Below, piece by piece: positions 29,901 to 41,248 of a stretch of DNA of 64,000 bases. Source of the DNA: a virus. The stretch's first letter is position 1; each line of letters starts with the position of its first letter. Location: IMG/VR virus record IMGVR_UViG_3300050343_000185. The stretch is one strand, 5' to 3'. The notes under the pieces were generated by a model. That model worked only from the letters and a program-made list of their open reading frames with translations, did not search any database and was not told where the DNA came from. The translations under genes were made by a program, and so were the position numbers.

Positions 29901-30926
29901 TGTTCCGACAATTTTAAAGTCTCCTGCTGTTACAACATTCGATCCAGACGCAAGTCGAGTTACCGTATTAGTATCAATACTAGCAATACTAATTACATTT
30001 CCTGCTTGAGATACAGTAACATTTGATCCACCTGTAAACTCAACATCTCCTGTTACTAAAGTTCCTGCTCCACCACCTTTGACTCTAGTGATAGTATCAA
30101 CAGAACTATAAGTAATTGTGGCATCACCGTTCCCATCTAAACCTTGGGTTACTGTGGATGCGCCACCATCCAAGAAAGTATAATTACCAGATGCTAATGT
30201 TTGACCTGATGTTGCTCTGATTTTAGTAATCGTATCAACATATGTTGAATTGATTGTAATTGTTTTTGATACTGGATCCTGAGATACCGTAGAAGATCCA
30301 GTTGCAGCAATAGTAATATCACCTGTCTGTGCTGTGCCACCAACAGAAGATTTTAAAGTAGTTACTGTATCAGCATCAGGAGCAGTACCAGAAATAGTTA
30401 CAGTATCACCAGATCTATCAATAGAAAGAGCAACAGCATTAGAACCACCAGGAACAGAACCAGGAGGTCCGACTGCGATGTTAATATCATCAGTGCCAGT
30501 TCCAGATCCACCAGCAGTTAATCTAAATGTTTTAGTGTTACCGTTAATGCCATCGACCGCGCTGATGGCATACGTTGTATTATCGTTTGGTGTTACTACA
30601 CTTCCGCCTAGAGCAATAGCAGAACCATTAATTGTAATAGTAGAGTTTGTAAACGCACTGTTTGGAATGTTAGTTAATGTATTAACAGATCCAGAAATAA
30701 TACTATTTTCTAAAGTTTTATTAGTTAGTGTTTGTGTTTGAGTTAAGTATACATCACCCGGAGCGCCCCAGAATACCGTAGTTCCATCACTACTCAAATA
30801 CTTACCGGCACCAGTATCACCACCAACAACAATCCCGTTGCCAGTTAATTCTAAATTGTCCCCTGCTACAATTTCTTCAATCTTCTTTGAAATTGCATTA
30901 ACAATTAACGGAAAGCGGTCAGCCAT
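26907..30926 (-). CDS. long tail fibre with chaperone-like C-terminus (indels near 27180-27350)
   Basis: Gly/Thr-rich repeats, N-x-A-x-G beta-helix repeats and LTNKTLT motifs. The C-terminal NRWANIYSADLQLSN..WGQYTIQEG..RRNGKTYKFNLTEV is in ORF 26907-27176. Confidence 0.75.
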
Positions 30927-30967
30927 TTAACTACCAATGAATACTAGTGCTCTTGTTTATTTATGCC

Positions 30968-33031
30968 TTAGGATATAATGATCTGTCCTACCATTCCACT
31001 ATGAAACTGACAGATATAATAGTATGTTCCAGGTGTTACTCCAGTAGTGTCCCATGTGACAGCAGCACTAACAGTTCCTTGTCCGGTAATAGTTCCAGTA
31101 GAAACTTGGTTACCTGTTCCAGTGGTAGCAGATGTCTTTACAAAGAATGGATGACCAGCTGCGTTAACATTAAACACTAATGTATCACCAGCATTACAGT
31201 TAATCGTTGGATCATTATCACCAGCAAAAGTGTTATCTCTATCACTGCCAGTAAATGTATAATGTGATGCTCCACTGTTTCCTACAGTAAACGTATACGT
31301 TTGTGGTGTTGGTGGAACTGCTGTAGGAGTTGGTCTATGGAATGTAGCAGTTCTAGGAAAGGTAATTCCAGTAGATCTATTGCCTTCCACTTCACTCATA
31401 TATCCAGACACAGGTCTCGGGTTTTTAATATGAAGATACTTATTAGGACTACCTTGCTGACAAGAGTTGTCATTCAGCAATCCACCAGCAGCATCAAATC
31501 CCATATTTCCATAGATGCTATGCCGATCCAAATATGCCAAAGCATCTGCTTGCGTGAATCTCTCTTTGCCTGTAGCAAGACATGCGATCACACCACATAC
31601 CTGTGGTGATGCCATACTAGTTCCCTGAATAGGGTAGTAATAATTTCCACCGCCACCATATTTGGTATCAGCAAATCCTCCTGTATTACCATATGATGAA
31701 AGTATCTGATCTCCCGGAGCAAAGACATCAACAGCAGGTCCAAACATAGTGTAAGTAGATCTCCTGAATTCAGAATGATCTGATAAGGCACCTACAATAA
31801 TCGATCCACTATCAGGTGTATTAGGCCACGATCCTCTATTATAATAGAAAGATACATTCTCACCATTTTTAAAAATTGTGAGATAGTTATTGTAATTTAC
31901 ATCACCAATTTCTGCTACTAACAGATTATCATTACCAGCAGATCCAATGATTACAATACCATCATCAATTGCATCCTGAACATCAGCAGCAATAGCAGAA
32001 GACCATAATGGATAATCAGGCAGTCCAAATCTTACACCAAAATCTAATTCCAATCCAACTTCAGTCCAACCAGATGGTCCAGGAGAGTTTGGATCATATG
32101 TGACTCCCTGAAAGGTTACAGATATGAGATCAGGAAGATCTAATCTATAGATGTTATTACCTTCACCATCAGTACCTTTCTGTGGCATGTATCTAATACC
32201 ACCATAACTATGGTTGGTGATGGTAGGATTTTTAATTCCTGTTTCTGGATTGATTGGTTTGTTTAAATGAAATGCTCTAAGGTAATCAAAGGTAAGTAGA
32301 GGAGGAAATTGTTGCCCACTATCCCACGAATCTGTCACTGCCATATTATAAATGTTTGCCTCAGTCGCCCACCCATAATGTCTACCTGCCGCAGTTCCGG
32401 TAACATGTATCCCATGGAACTGAGAGGTATTGAGGTTGGGAGCATAGACAATTGTTCCTGTTGGACGAACCTGGTTATCATCGTCAATAGAACTAACAGA
32501 ACTATTCAGTTCGTTGAACCATTGATACTCAACAAACCTTGATTGTATTGTTGAAGGACTATACCACTCCTGACTATCAAATGACACAGGATCATCTACG
32601 ATAACTACATCAACATGTCTTCCATTATTAAATACTTCTACATTATCAGTAACAATTTCTGTTGTTATCGGGTCACCCCATGTATTCTTCCTTCTCTGTG
32701 CTTGATCTCCAGCACAATGTAGTTGTCCCCACTGTCTTAAATTAGAATTTAATGTTGTTCCTACAGGACCATCTTTCCAAAAATCCCCACCAATATTATA
32801 AGGTTCGTTGTTAATAACTTGTCGTTTAATTTGAAAGCTATCTACTGCTTCAACTCCCCATACTCTAGGGTCTTGACGCAATCTTTCTGCTTGATCTTCT
32901 GTCATCATATAGTGTGTGTTCCTACTCATAGGACGCTTCATCACTAAAGGAAATCCAGTAAGTTGCATCTCATTATAAAACTTCTCCAGATCATTTTTAT
33001 CACGGAGAGTTACAACATATTGTTTATCCAT
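30968..33031 (-). CDS. S8 subtilisin-like serine protease with C-terminal cupredoxin-like domain
   Basis: VDVVIVDD (Asp), HGIHVTGTAAG (His), GSAGND oxyanion, GTSMASPQV (Ser); C-terminal GHPF..YYICQFHSGM. Confidence 0.8.
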   Translation of the reverse strand: MDKQYVVTLRDKNDLEKFYNEMQLTGFPLVMKRPMSRNTHYMMTEDQAERLRQDPRVWGVEAVDSFQIKRQVINNEPYNIGGDFWKDGPVGTTLNSNLRQWGQLHCAGDQAQRRKNTWGDPITTEIVTDNVEVFNNGRHVDVVIVDDPVSFDSQEWYSPSTIQSRFVEYQWFNELNSSVSSIDDDNQVRPTGTIVYAPNLNTSQFHGIHVTGTAAGRHYGWATEANIYNMAVTDSWDSGQQFPPLLTFDYLRAFHLNKPINPETGIKNPTITNHSYGGIRYMPQKGTDGEGNNIYRLDLPDLISVTFQGVTYDPNSPGPSGWTEVGLELDFGVRFGLPDYPLWSSAIAADVQDAIDDGIVIIGSAGNDNLLVAEIGDVNYNNYLTIFKNGENVSFYYNRGSWPNTPDSGSIIVGALSDHSEFRRSTYTMFGPAVDVFAPGDQILSSYGNTGGFADTKYGGGGNYYYPIQGTSMASPQVCGVIACLATGKERFTQADALAYLDRHSIYGNMGFDAAGGLLNDNSCQQGSPNKYLHIKNPRPVSGYMSEVEGNRSTGITFPRTATFHRPTPTAVPPTPQTYTFTVGNSGASHYTFTGSDRDNTFAGDNDPTINCNAGDTLVFNVNAAGHPFFVKTSATTGTGNQVSTGTITGQGTVSAAVTWDTTGVTPGTYYYICQFHSGMVGQIIIS

Positions 33032-33032
33032 A

Positions 33033-34007
33033 TCAAACCTCTAATGGAACTAAAGTTAATGTGATTTGTAAGCTCACCGGACCACCACTCTTGTTAACAA
33101 TTTTAGCATAAGTAATATTAGATCCACCACTATTATAACAAATTGTTCCTGGTGTAATTAATTGTGTTACAGCACCTGTAGTTACAATCTCTGCTAATAC
33201 ACCAGAACCAGGAACTGGATCAGTAGTTTCTGATCTACTCTGATCATTTGATCTGCTAGTTGTATCTGCATACAACGTTGCCCAAACAGCATGAGATGTT
33301 TCCATCTTCAATAGAGCATATGTTTTTGGTGTCGTAATTGAAATATCAGTAGCAACATTATCTTGAATTCCATTAGCAGTATACGAAATAGTTTTTCTAA
33401 CACTAGGAGCATCAGCATTTACCCAATTGCTACCATTATAACTAAGAACTTGTCCCGTAGTAAGAGTTGTCTCTACAACATTACCAACAGCATCTAGCGA
33501 TCCCAGAGACCCTGCAGATCCAGTGACACTAATAGTATAAGATCCTGATAGTCTAGCAGCAGGTAATGTGCCAGCATTTTGATTGCTAGAGTTTAGATAG
33601 TAAGATCCCTCTTGTCCGTCTAAGAGATCAGCATCTAGTCCACCGCCAATACCAGTAGCAGTATTTTCCCACTTGAGATTTGATTGATTCCATGCCAACA
33701 CATCTCCATCAGTAGGAACTCCATGGTTAACATCAAGGTGTGTATTAAGATTACCAGTTGATGTCAGATAAGATGAAAGATCGGGTGGAGTTAATGTAAA
33801 AACACCATCATTAAAATTATATGCTAGTGAACCACCCCCAGAAGCAGCAGCATTAGTAGCACTAAAGACAGTTCTGTCTGTAGCAGTAGCACCACCGCCA
33901 GCAGCAGTCCAACTCTCGCCGTTCCACGAGTAAGTAATACCTGCTACAACATAGGTAAATGTTCCATCTACTGCTTGCCCTGCTGTTGAGGGAAAATTAA
34001 TTGCCAT
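33033..34007 (-). CDS. modular structural/fibre protein
   Basis: MAINFP.. start, GLDADLLDG motif, GQVLSYNGSNWVN; C-terminal domain shared with 37644-40645. Confidence 0.65.
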   Translation of the reverse strand: MAINFPSTAGQAVDGTFTYVVAGITYSWNGESWTAAGGGATATDRTVFSATNAAASGGGSLAYNFNDGVFTLTPPDLSSYLTSTGNLNTHLDVNHGVPTDGDVLAWNQSNLKWENTATGIGGGLDADLLDGQEGSYYLNSSNQNAGTLPAARLSGSYTISVTGSAGSLGSLDAVGNVVETTLTTGQVLSYNGSNWVNADAPSVRKTISYTANGIQDNVATDISITTPKTYALLKMETSHAVWATLYADTTSRSNDQSRSETTDPVPGSGVLAEIVTTGAVTQLITPGTICYNSGGSNITYAKIVNKSGGPVSLQITLTLVPLEV

Positions 34008-34039
34008 TTCTTAAAGTGCTCCTTCCGTAGTATTTAGAA

Positions 34040-35002
34040 TTACCATGTTGCAAGTGCTGCTCTCTTCCACGTATCAGTAGCAATACAGATGTATACATAA
34101 TCTGCATCATATCTGATATCACCTACACTGCCCGTAGAACTAGCAGTAGCAGGAGGGTTAGAAGATAATGATGGAGCGAGTGGTGGTGAAGCATCAACCC
34201 ACTGTGTGCTATCAGTATCGTTGTAGTAAATCTTTAAGCGTCCTTTATCACTCTCCCACCACAGATCACCCGCATTAGCAGAACCAGGAGCAGTGTCTGA
34301 GATGGTTACATTAGCACCACCGCCTCCACCAGTAGGAGCAGCAGGTCCCCAGTTAGATCCATCCCACGTTAAAACATCACTCGCACTTGGTGCTGTAGTA
34401 GCAACATCAGCAAGTTCGCCAAGAGAAGAACCAGTGTCTAATAGTTGCGTCCAAGCACCAGCATGTGCGAAGTATCCATGACCTTCAGCATGAACGTGAG
34501 CGAACATACCATGATAGGTAGTTGCATTTGGAAGATCAACTGAGTTGGCAAAATTATTAGAGTAATAAATTTTACCTGTAGTTGTAATATCTCTAGCAGT
34601 GGTAGATCCAACTGACAAGACAGCATCCAATGATTGTGATTCTGCCGTTAGATATCCGGCAAGACTATGATCGCCCCATCCATATGCAGTATCCCATTCA
34701 GTAATCTTAGCGGCAGTTACATTAGCAGCATCAGAAGCAGAGAATACAGGATCAGTTTCAGTATAGGTTGTTAAGTATCCAGCACCAGCATGATCTCCCC
34801 ATCCATGTGCTGCGTTCCAGTTATTAATATTCTGAGTAAGAATACCAAACGATGGAGAACTAGTAAAGATAGGGTCAGTTTCAGATGAGGTAAACTGGAA
34901 CCTACCTAAAACTTTCCACGTTGTTCCATCATAAGTCCAAGTTACACCACCAAATGTATACGTGTCGTTAATATTTGGTGATGCAGGAAAATCTAATGCC
35001 AT
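34040..35002 (-). CDS. modular structural/fibre protein with TETDP repeats
   Basis: MALDFPASP start, two (S/T)ETDP..W..A.GWGDH repeats, AGDLWWESDKG..QWVDASP motif. Confidence 0.65.
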   Translation of the reverse strand: MALDFPASPNINDTYTFGGVTWTYDGTTWKVLGRFQFTSSETDPIFTSSPSFGILTQNINNWNAAHGWGDHAGAGYLTTYTETDPVFSASDAANVTAAKITEWDTAYGWGDHSLAGYLTAESQSLDAVLSVGSTTARDITTTGKIYYSNNFANSVDLPNATTYHGMFAHVHAEGHGYFAHAGAWTQLLDTGSSLGELADVATTAPSASDVLTWDGSNWGPAAPTGGGGGANVTISDTAPGSANAGDLWWESDKGRLKIYYNDTDSTQWVDASPPLAPSLSSNPPATASSTGSVGDIRYDADYVYICIATDTWKRAALATW

Positions 35003-35035
35003 TTCTAGACTATACTACCTTTCAAATATATTTAG

Positions 35036-35311
35036 TTATCTATTGTAGTACCCTCTTGGGAAGAGCAATCCAAAGTATGGTCTCCTACCACGTAGGAATC
35101 CACGTTCAGACCTTCTACGTTCACGAGGAGAAGCACCTTTGTCTAGATCAGTAATGTCAAAATTTTGTGGTCCCAATGGAGGACCAGAAACTCTATCTAA
35201 ACTAGAGAAGTCTGGTGTGATAACCGCAGTAGAAGTAGTAGCAATCAATTTAGTTGTGTCGAAACCAGACACCACAGCGCCTGGTGTTTCGGAGAGTGTT
35301 ATATTTGCCAT
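35036..35311 (-). CDS. hypothetical protein with Arg-rich C-terminus
   Basis: 91-aa ORF coupled to the upstream gene; ends RGRRPYFGLLFPRGYYNR. Confidence 0.6.
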   Translation of the reverse strand: MANITLSETPGAVVSGFDTTKLIATTSTAVITPDFSSLDRVSGPPLGPQNFDITDLDKGASPRERRRSERGFLRGRRPYFGLLFPRGYYNR

Positions 35312-37638
35312 CAGGTTGTACGTGCGAGGAATAGCATACCCATAGAACTATTATTATCTACGTTATCAAGACCGTTCTGACTAGTTTGATATCCAGCTAG
35401 AACAACTTCATAAATCTCAGAAGCACTGACTGTTACAGTATCTCCTGGTCTGAATACAGTTGCTCCTGGTGTAGTTGAGAACTGAAGCATGACAAAATCA
35501 TCAGGTAAGTAGTAAGGGCATGGAACCATGTTATGTGCGACAGGAATACCTTTGATTGGTTTGTAATAATCAGCAGCAGGATTTACAGAATTACCATTAT
35601 ATTGATCGTAAGTGCTGTTTCTATAGTAAGTCATAATCTCATTACTAGTAGTTTCTTCATTGTCAGTGTCAATATTACATTTATATCTTGACAAGAAATT
35701 AGTTCCATAATTTGTATCTCTCATGTATCCGTAAGAAGCTTCCCTAGATTTAGAGTATGTGTTTGCTGGTTCTTCAGTTGGTCTATCAGTAGATCCGGCA
35801 TAATATCCGGGGGAAATATATGACATGTCAATAGCTCTAGTTGTGGTGCTATACTGTGTGATTGATCCAATGTATACATTGTCTAAGTCCCAGACATTGG
35901 ATCCAAAGGTAGCACCATTATGAATTGTGAATTGTCCGTATGGAATAATACTTCCATTAATTGTTTGGGTGAATTGAATGACCGCAAAATTTGTATCTTG
36001 TGGTGCCTGTGCTCTATACACCCTGATACTCAATGGATAAGCAGTTGGTGTCGAGGAACTAGCATATGTAAATCTCGTGAAAGAACTATTACTATCTCTA
36101 TTAATATAATTTTGACTATTTCGTCTATCTAATCCAGGAGCTCCACCAAAGTATCCATATTCAGTTGTACCATTAAGAATTCCAGAATTTGTGCCAAATC
36201 TATTTAAGTAATTCCAATGATTACCACTATTAATATACATGGTATTGCTATTATAATTTGCCGTACCAAAACCATAATATGATGTGCCATAATCTTTAGC
36301 AGCATCATTCACAACTTTCAATACAGCAAAACGACCGTCATCACTTTTCTGATAGAAGTTAGATCCTGCACCCAAATTTGTTATGTAAATTTGACAGACT
36401 CCATCATTAGCACCAGTAGAAGATTCTGGAGTTCTTGTACCAAAATTAATATCATCCGATGGAGTCTGTCCACCAACCTGATCTCCTGGGATTGTAAACG
36501 TATCACCATTAGTCCATCCAGATCCAACACTATGAATTGTAATTCCTTCAAGTTCCGAACTTTGACTTACATCTCTATAAACTCTCAATTTTAATTCCGA
36601 TCTACCACCATTTGCTGGAACAGTATATTTCCAGTATGGATCCCATCCTGAGTTAGAACTAGCTCTTGGATTAACACGGATTTCTCCTTTCATACCAGCA
36701 TGGGTATCATTAGCATAGATATACTTTTTGATTCCATAATTGTCAGTGATAGATCTGTATACTAAAGGAATTCTCTCATCAGGAAGGCTTCTTTCATCTT
36801 CAGTTTGTTTCCAATAATAAGCTTGCCAATTCAATTCACCGGAGGTAATATTACTAGTGCTAGCAAGAGATGCAGAGCTAGTAGTAGCGTAAGACGTTCT
36901 AAAAGTCGAATCATTTAGTAGTTTAGCAGCATCGTAGTTATCAGTGCCGCCACAGAGACTGAAGTCACCACCACTTGTGTCAGTTACATTAAACTTAATC
37001 TGATCTCCAGTTCCTATTTCAATAGTGCGGTTATCAAATTGAGCGTCATCAATGTCTCTAAAGTAAGAAAGACTAGAACCTAGTGCAGCACTATCACTCC
37101 AAATATTACCATACAACAAATCAATTGCTACTCCATTACCAGCATCAACAGCATTAGCCGCTAGTTTAATCTTTGTAGAATCAACTACAATAACATAATA
37201 AACTGTATCTAATGTAAGTCCATTTAAATTTTTGTTATTATCAGATTCACCAGGACCCCAGTGAATTGGATCTCCTGTTGTTAAACCATGCATCCAACTA
37301 AAAGTAATCTCATCAGTATCAGAGTTAGGACCACCAGATGTATAAGTCGCAATAATATTTTTTTTCAGCATTCTATATGCCGAAGTTCCCTGACTGATCA
37401 CATCATATTGCCATACACGATATGAAAGATTTCCCCGATCCTGAACAGCAGTATTCCATCCTAAATTAAAACCTCTTTCTCCTGTTGGAGAAACAACAGT
37501 TACAGGAACTCCACTTACAGCGGAACCACCATGAAATCCTAGGTTGGCAAACACAGTCTCTAACGCATCCATTACGTCGGTATTAGTCCAACCTGTGTTG
37601 CCGTTATTGACATCAACGACTGACCTTAAAATTGCCAT
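35311..37638 (-). CDS. virion structural protein
   Basis: 775 aa, beta-rich; VNNGNTGWT..V.DALE..FANLG start, YYKPIKGIP..PCPYYLPDDF end; lies in the fibre cluster. Confidence 0.65.
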   Translation of the reverse strand: MAILRSVVDVNNGNTGWTNTDVMDALETVFANLGFHGGSAVSGVPVTVVSPTGERGFNLGWNTAVQDRGNLSYRVWQYDVISQGTSAYRMLKKNIIATYTSGGPNSDTDEITFSWMHGLTTGDPIHWGPGESDNNKNLNGLTLDTVYYVIVVDSTKIKLAANAVDAGNGVAIDLLYGNIWSDSAALGSSLSYFRDIDDAQFDNRTIEIGTGDQIKFNVTDTSGGDFSLCGGTDNYDAAKLLNDSTFRTSYATTSSASLASTSNITSGELNWQAYYWKQTEDERSLPDERIPLVYRSITDNYGIKKYIYANDTHAGMKGEIRVNPRASSNSGWDPYWKYTVPANGGRSELKLRVYRDVSQSSELEGITIHSVGSGWTNGDTFTIPGDQVGGQTPSDDINFGTRTPESSTGANDGVCQIYITNLGAGSNFYQKSDDGRFAVLKVVNDAAKDYGTSYYGFGTANYNSNTMYINSGNHWNYLNRFGTNSGILNGTTEYGYFGGAPGLDRRNSQNYINRDSNSSFTRFTYASSSTPTAYPLSIRVYRAQAPQDTNFAVIQFTQTINGSIIPYGQFTIHNGATFGSNVWDLDNVYIGSITQYSTTTRAIDMSYISPGYYAGSTDRPTEEPANTYSKSREASYGYMRDTNYGTNFLSRYKCNIDTDNEETTSNEIMTYYRNSTYDQYNGNSVNPAADYYKPIKGIPVAHNMVPCPYYLPDDFVMLQFSTTPGATVFRPGDTVTVSASEIYEVVLAGYQTSQNGLDNVDNNSSMGMLFLARTT

Positions 37639-37643
37639 CTGTA

Positions 37644-40600
37644 TTATTCTCCGATCTGTAGTGCTGTTAGAGTAACTGTAATTGTAGTTGCCGATCCACT
37701 TCTGTTAGTGACTGACAAATAAATGGTGTCCGTTCTTGGACTATCATTATTAAACCCCATGATGCCTGGGGATATTAGAATTGATTCTGCTCCAGATGTT
37801 CTCACTTCAGAAATAACACCGCTACCTGGGGTAGGATCTTCTCCCTCACTTCGTGTAGTATCAGCATCTCTTGACGCATCATCTACATACACTCGCACCC
37901 ATGCCTCAGCATCAGTAGTAACTTTAAATAACGAATAGGCTTTGTAACCTGTAATATTTAGTTCTGCTGATTGGTCAGCAGCAAGTGATGCGGTAGTTCC
38001 AGAAAGATCTTGAATTGATGGAACACTAGAACCACCAGTAGCAGTCAGGACTCCATTGCCATCGATAGATAAACCAGAACCTACTTTAATACCACCAAGT
38101 GTTGTGGCATCTGCTGTTGGTAGTGTATATCCCCCAGCATTAGCACTAAGAATACCATCGCCATCTATGCTCAGATTAGCACCAACTTTAATACCACCTA
38201 AAGTTCCTGCTGCAGCAGTAGGTAATGCATATGCTGACGGAATAGATGGTTTATTGAGAATCTCTGCTAGTCCTGATGTTGCATCCCAGTCTGGTTGAAC
38301 TGGTGCTGTGCTACTAATAGTAATTTTTTCATTGGGACCATCCCAAGAAACGTCAGTTCCACCACCACCAGTAATTTCAATATTATCTTCGTTATTATTA
38401 GCATCCAGTAGAGTAATAATAGCATTATTGCTATTAGTATTAGAACCCACTAAGTCATAAGTAGTTCCACCACCACCTCCACCGCCTGCTTGTGCTGTGG
38501 CACTAAGAGAGTTGTTAGTATCATCATATGTAAATGTGATATTTGTATGTGTACCATTAGCAAACATCGTAGCAACAGCATCTTGTGCTTCCTCATCAGT
38601 ATAGAACTGAGAAGAAATATCAGGTGCTCTGAATGTAATTGTATTTGCGTCAGTGTTTTCTACTGTTAAACCATCAGCACCAGCAAAAACAACATCATCT
38701 AGGACTCCCTGACTATCAGTTAATCTTAAGATGGAGTTAGCACCAGAAGATGCCTCAACAGAAATGCCATACGTGGTGTCAACTACATCATTGTTGAATG
38801 TAATCTCGTTATTAGATTTGACTACTGATAATCCTGTTCCTGCTGTCAGGATAATATCACTAGTAACACCTTGAGAATCCGATAATCTTACAATTTTTCT
38901 AGCATTATTATATGCTGCTGATCCACCTGTAGTATAATCTATTGCGCTAACAGAATATGTTAGTTGAGTATTAGCAAGTAGTGTAGCAAAGTCGGATGAA
39001 GTGGAACTATTGGTAGTAACAAGTCTCTGACTAGTCCAACTTACAGAGTTGGAATAATACATCGCACCAGTCGCTTCAGAGTATGAGAAAGCACCAGTAT
39101 TTACATTTGCTCCAGGGAAGAATGCTACACTAGCATACACATTTTCAAATGGATCGCCAACAGGAGAAGCATCAACCCACTGTGCTGTGTTGCCATCATC
39201 ATACCACACCTTCATGGTGCCTTCATCAGACTTCCACCACATGTCTCCTGGCGATGGACTAGATGGAGCAGCATCTGAAATAGATGCTTTAGCAGTAATT
39301 GATGCTGGAGCATTTACCCAATCACTACCATTATATGATAATACATCACCATTAGTTGGGTGTGCTAATTGTAACATCACCAAGAGAATTGATAGAACTT
39401 GAAGTTGTTAGATACCCAGCATCATTTGTAAGTTCACTTGCGTTGATAGCAAAATTATAATAGGTAGATCCATCGTTAGTAAACTGCCACCTATCAGTGG
39501 TTTCATTCCATTTAATACTTACATCAGCATCAGTACCCCTCTCATTTGTAAGGAGAGCATCTAATCCACCAGACGCTTGGTTCTCGTTGAGAACTATTTC
39601 GTTATTAGTTACATTTAAGGTTGAAACGTTATTAGTAGTTGTTGTTCCAAGAACATTTAAATTTCCACTTATATTAAGATCGGTTAGAGTAACTGTAGTT
39701 GTTGTGCTAGCTCCTCTGGCAGTAATACTAGCTAGTGTATCGGTTTCTGTATACGATTCTAAGTATGATGGAGTATAATTAATCCAATTAGAACCATTAT
39801 ATTTCAACAACTGATCTGCAACTGGTCCACTAATAGCAACATCACTCAATAATCCAATTGAAGAGGAAGAAAGACCAGTTAGATAACCTGCTTGCCCATG
39901 ATCTCCCCACGTATAAGCAGTGTCCCCAGTTAGATACATTAGTAAGAGTAATTCCAGCAGCAACTGAAGCAGTGAATACAGGGTCAGTCTCTGAATATGA
40001 GGTTATATAACCCTGAGTGGCATGATTACCCCACCCATATGATGTGTCCCAGTTAGTCTTATTCTGTGTAGTAATTCCAGCAGCAACTGAAGCATTAAAT
40101 ACAGGGTCAGTCTCAGTATATGTTGTAATATATCCTGCTTGACTATGATCTCCCCAAGAATATGCAGTACTCCAGTCGATTCTATTCTGACTGGTAATCT
40201 GATACGCTGGAGACGCTAAGAAAATAGGATCTGTTTCTGTATATGTTGTAAGATATGAAGAAAGATCTGGCGGAGTAAATGTAAACTCACCATTTGCTTG
40301 GTTGTATGTTAGTGTCGAAGAACCAACACCAGTTAATACAATACTAGGTTGTGCTGGAATAACTGGTTTGTTTAAAATCGCAGAAACATCATTACCAGTA
40401 GCATTCCAATTAGATTGAATTTGAGCAGCAGGAATTGTAGGTGTGTTGGTAAGACTAAGATAACTGCCATCAAAAGGAGTAGTCCACTGAATAGAAGCAC
40501 CAGTTGCTGTAAGAACTTGACCAGAAGCACCTGGAATGCCTGCTGCTTGTAGTGGTTTTCCAGCAGGAATATTTACACCCTCCTTCACCTCAACAGGAGA

Positions 40601-40645
40601 GTTATCCCCGTAGTTGGCAATTTGGTTTGCAAGAATTTTTGACAT
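37644..40645 (-). CDS. long modular structural/fibre protein (two frameshifts)
   Basis: Fragments 39842-40645, 39352-39963 and 37644-39383 join end to end; TETDP repeats, PGDMWWKSD motif and YxLPTA..TLGGIKVG repeats. Confidence 0.65.
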
Positions 40646-40685
40646 ACTTCCAGTCCTGAAGACACTATTTCTAAGCTAGAAGTAT

Positions 40686-41138
40686 TTATGAATATACAAG
40701 ATTGCCTGCTACTATACTACGTCCAACACCTTTATTAGGAGGAACATAGTGATCCACATACCCAGGAAATAATAGCATCATACCAGCAACAGGTTTAATC
40801 CTCTTGCTCATTCCCCTGAATACAATTGGAGATGACCCTGGTGGTGTATTAACATAGTAAACAAAAGACCAGTCATTGTGTATATGATTATGAAAGGTTT
40901 GATAATGTCCCTCGTTATATACTTGACCCCATAAGTCAACTAACTTGGTTGGTTTATCAAGCAAACTCTTTGCGTAGTCGGCAAGAACATTAAATTCTTT
41001 AACATCAAAACAATCCCACTGTGTCATCAATGCTCCCTTATCACTGATAACACTGTTGTCACATATAATTTTATGGAGAACAGGATTAATATCTGCTGCT
41101 TCTGGATACTTATGTGCTTGTATATCTCCTATCTTCAT
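40686..41138 (-). CDS. 2OG-Fe(II) oxygenase (TIGR02466-like)
   Basis: WGQVYNEGHYQTFHNH..WSFVYYV..G.MLLFPGYVDHYVP..RSIVAGN. Confidence 0.8.
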   Translation of the reverse strand: MKIGDIQAHKYPEAADINPVLHKIICDNSVISDKGALMTQWDCFDVKEFNVLADYAKSLLDKPTKLVDLWGQVYNEGHYQTFHNHIHNDWSFVYYVNTPPGSSPIVFRGMSKRIKPVAGMMLLFPGYVDHYVPPNKGVGRSIVAGNLVYS

Positions 41139-41153
41139 ATCTATATTTTAAAA

Positions 41154-41225
41154 AGCGAATGATCGGACTTGAACCGACGACATCTAACTTGGAAGGATAG
41201 CGTTCTACCGCTGAACTACATTCGC
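41154..41225 (-). tRNA. trnG: tRNA-Gly (TCC)
   Basis: GCGAATG..TAGTTCAGCGGTAGA..anticodon loop CTTCCAA..GGTTCAAGTCC..CATTCGCT. Confidence 0.93.
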
Positions 41226-41248
41226 AAAAAAAGGGGAGGTCAATCCCC
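41226..41248 (-). terminator. intrinsic terminator between the manA-like RNA and tRNA-Gly
   Basis: GGGGA-TTGACC-TCCCC-T7. Confidence 0.75.

Noticed and set aside
23408-40645. Diversity-generating retroelement or invertible tail-fibre shufflon
   Set aside because: No reverse transcriptase, no TR/VR pair with A-specific mismatches, and no invertase or inverted crossover sites were seen; the repeats are protein-level modules.
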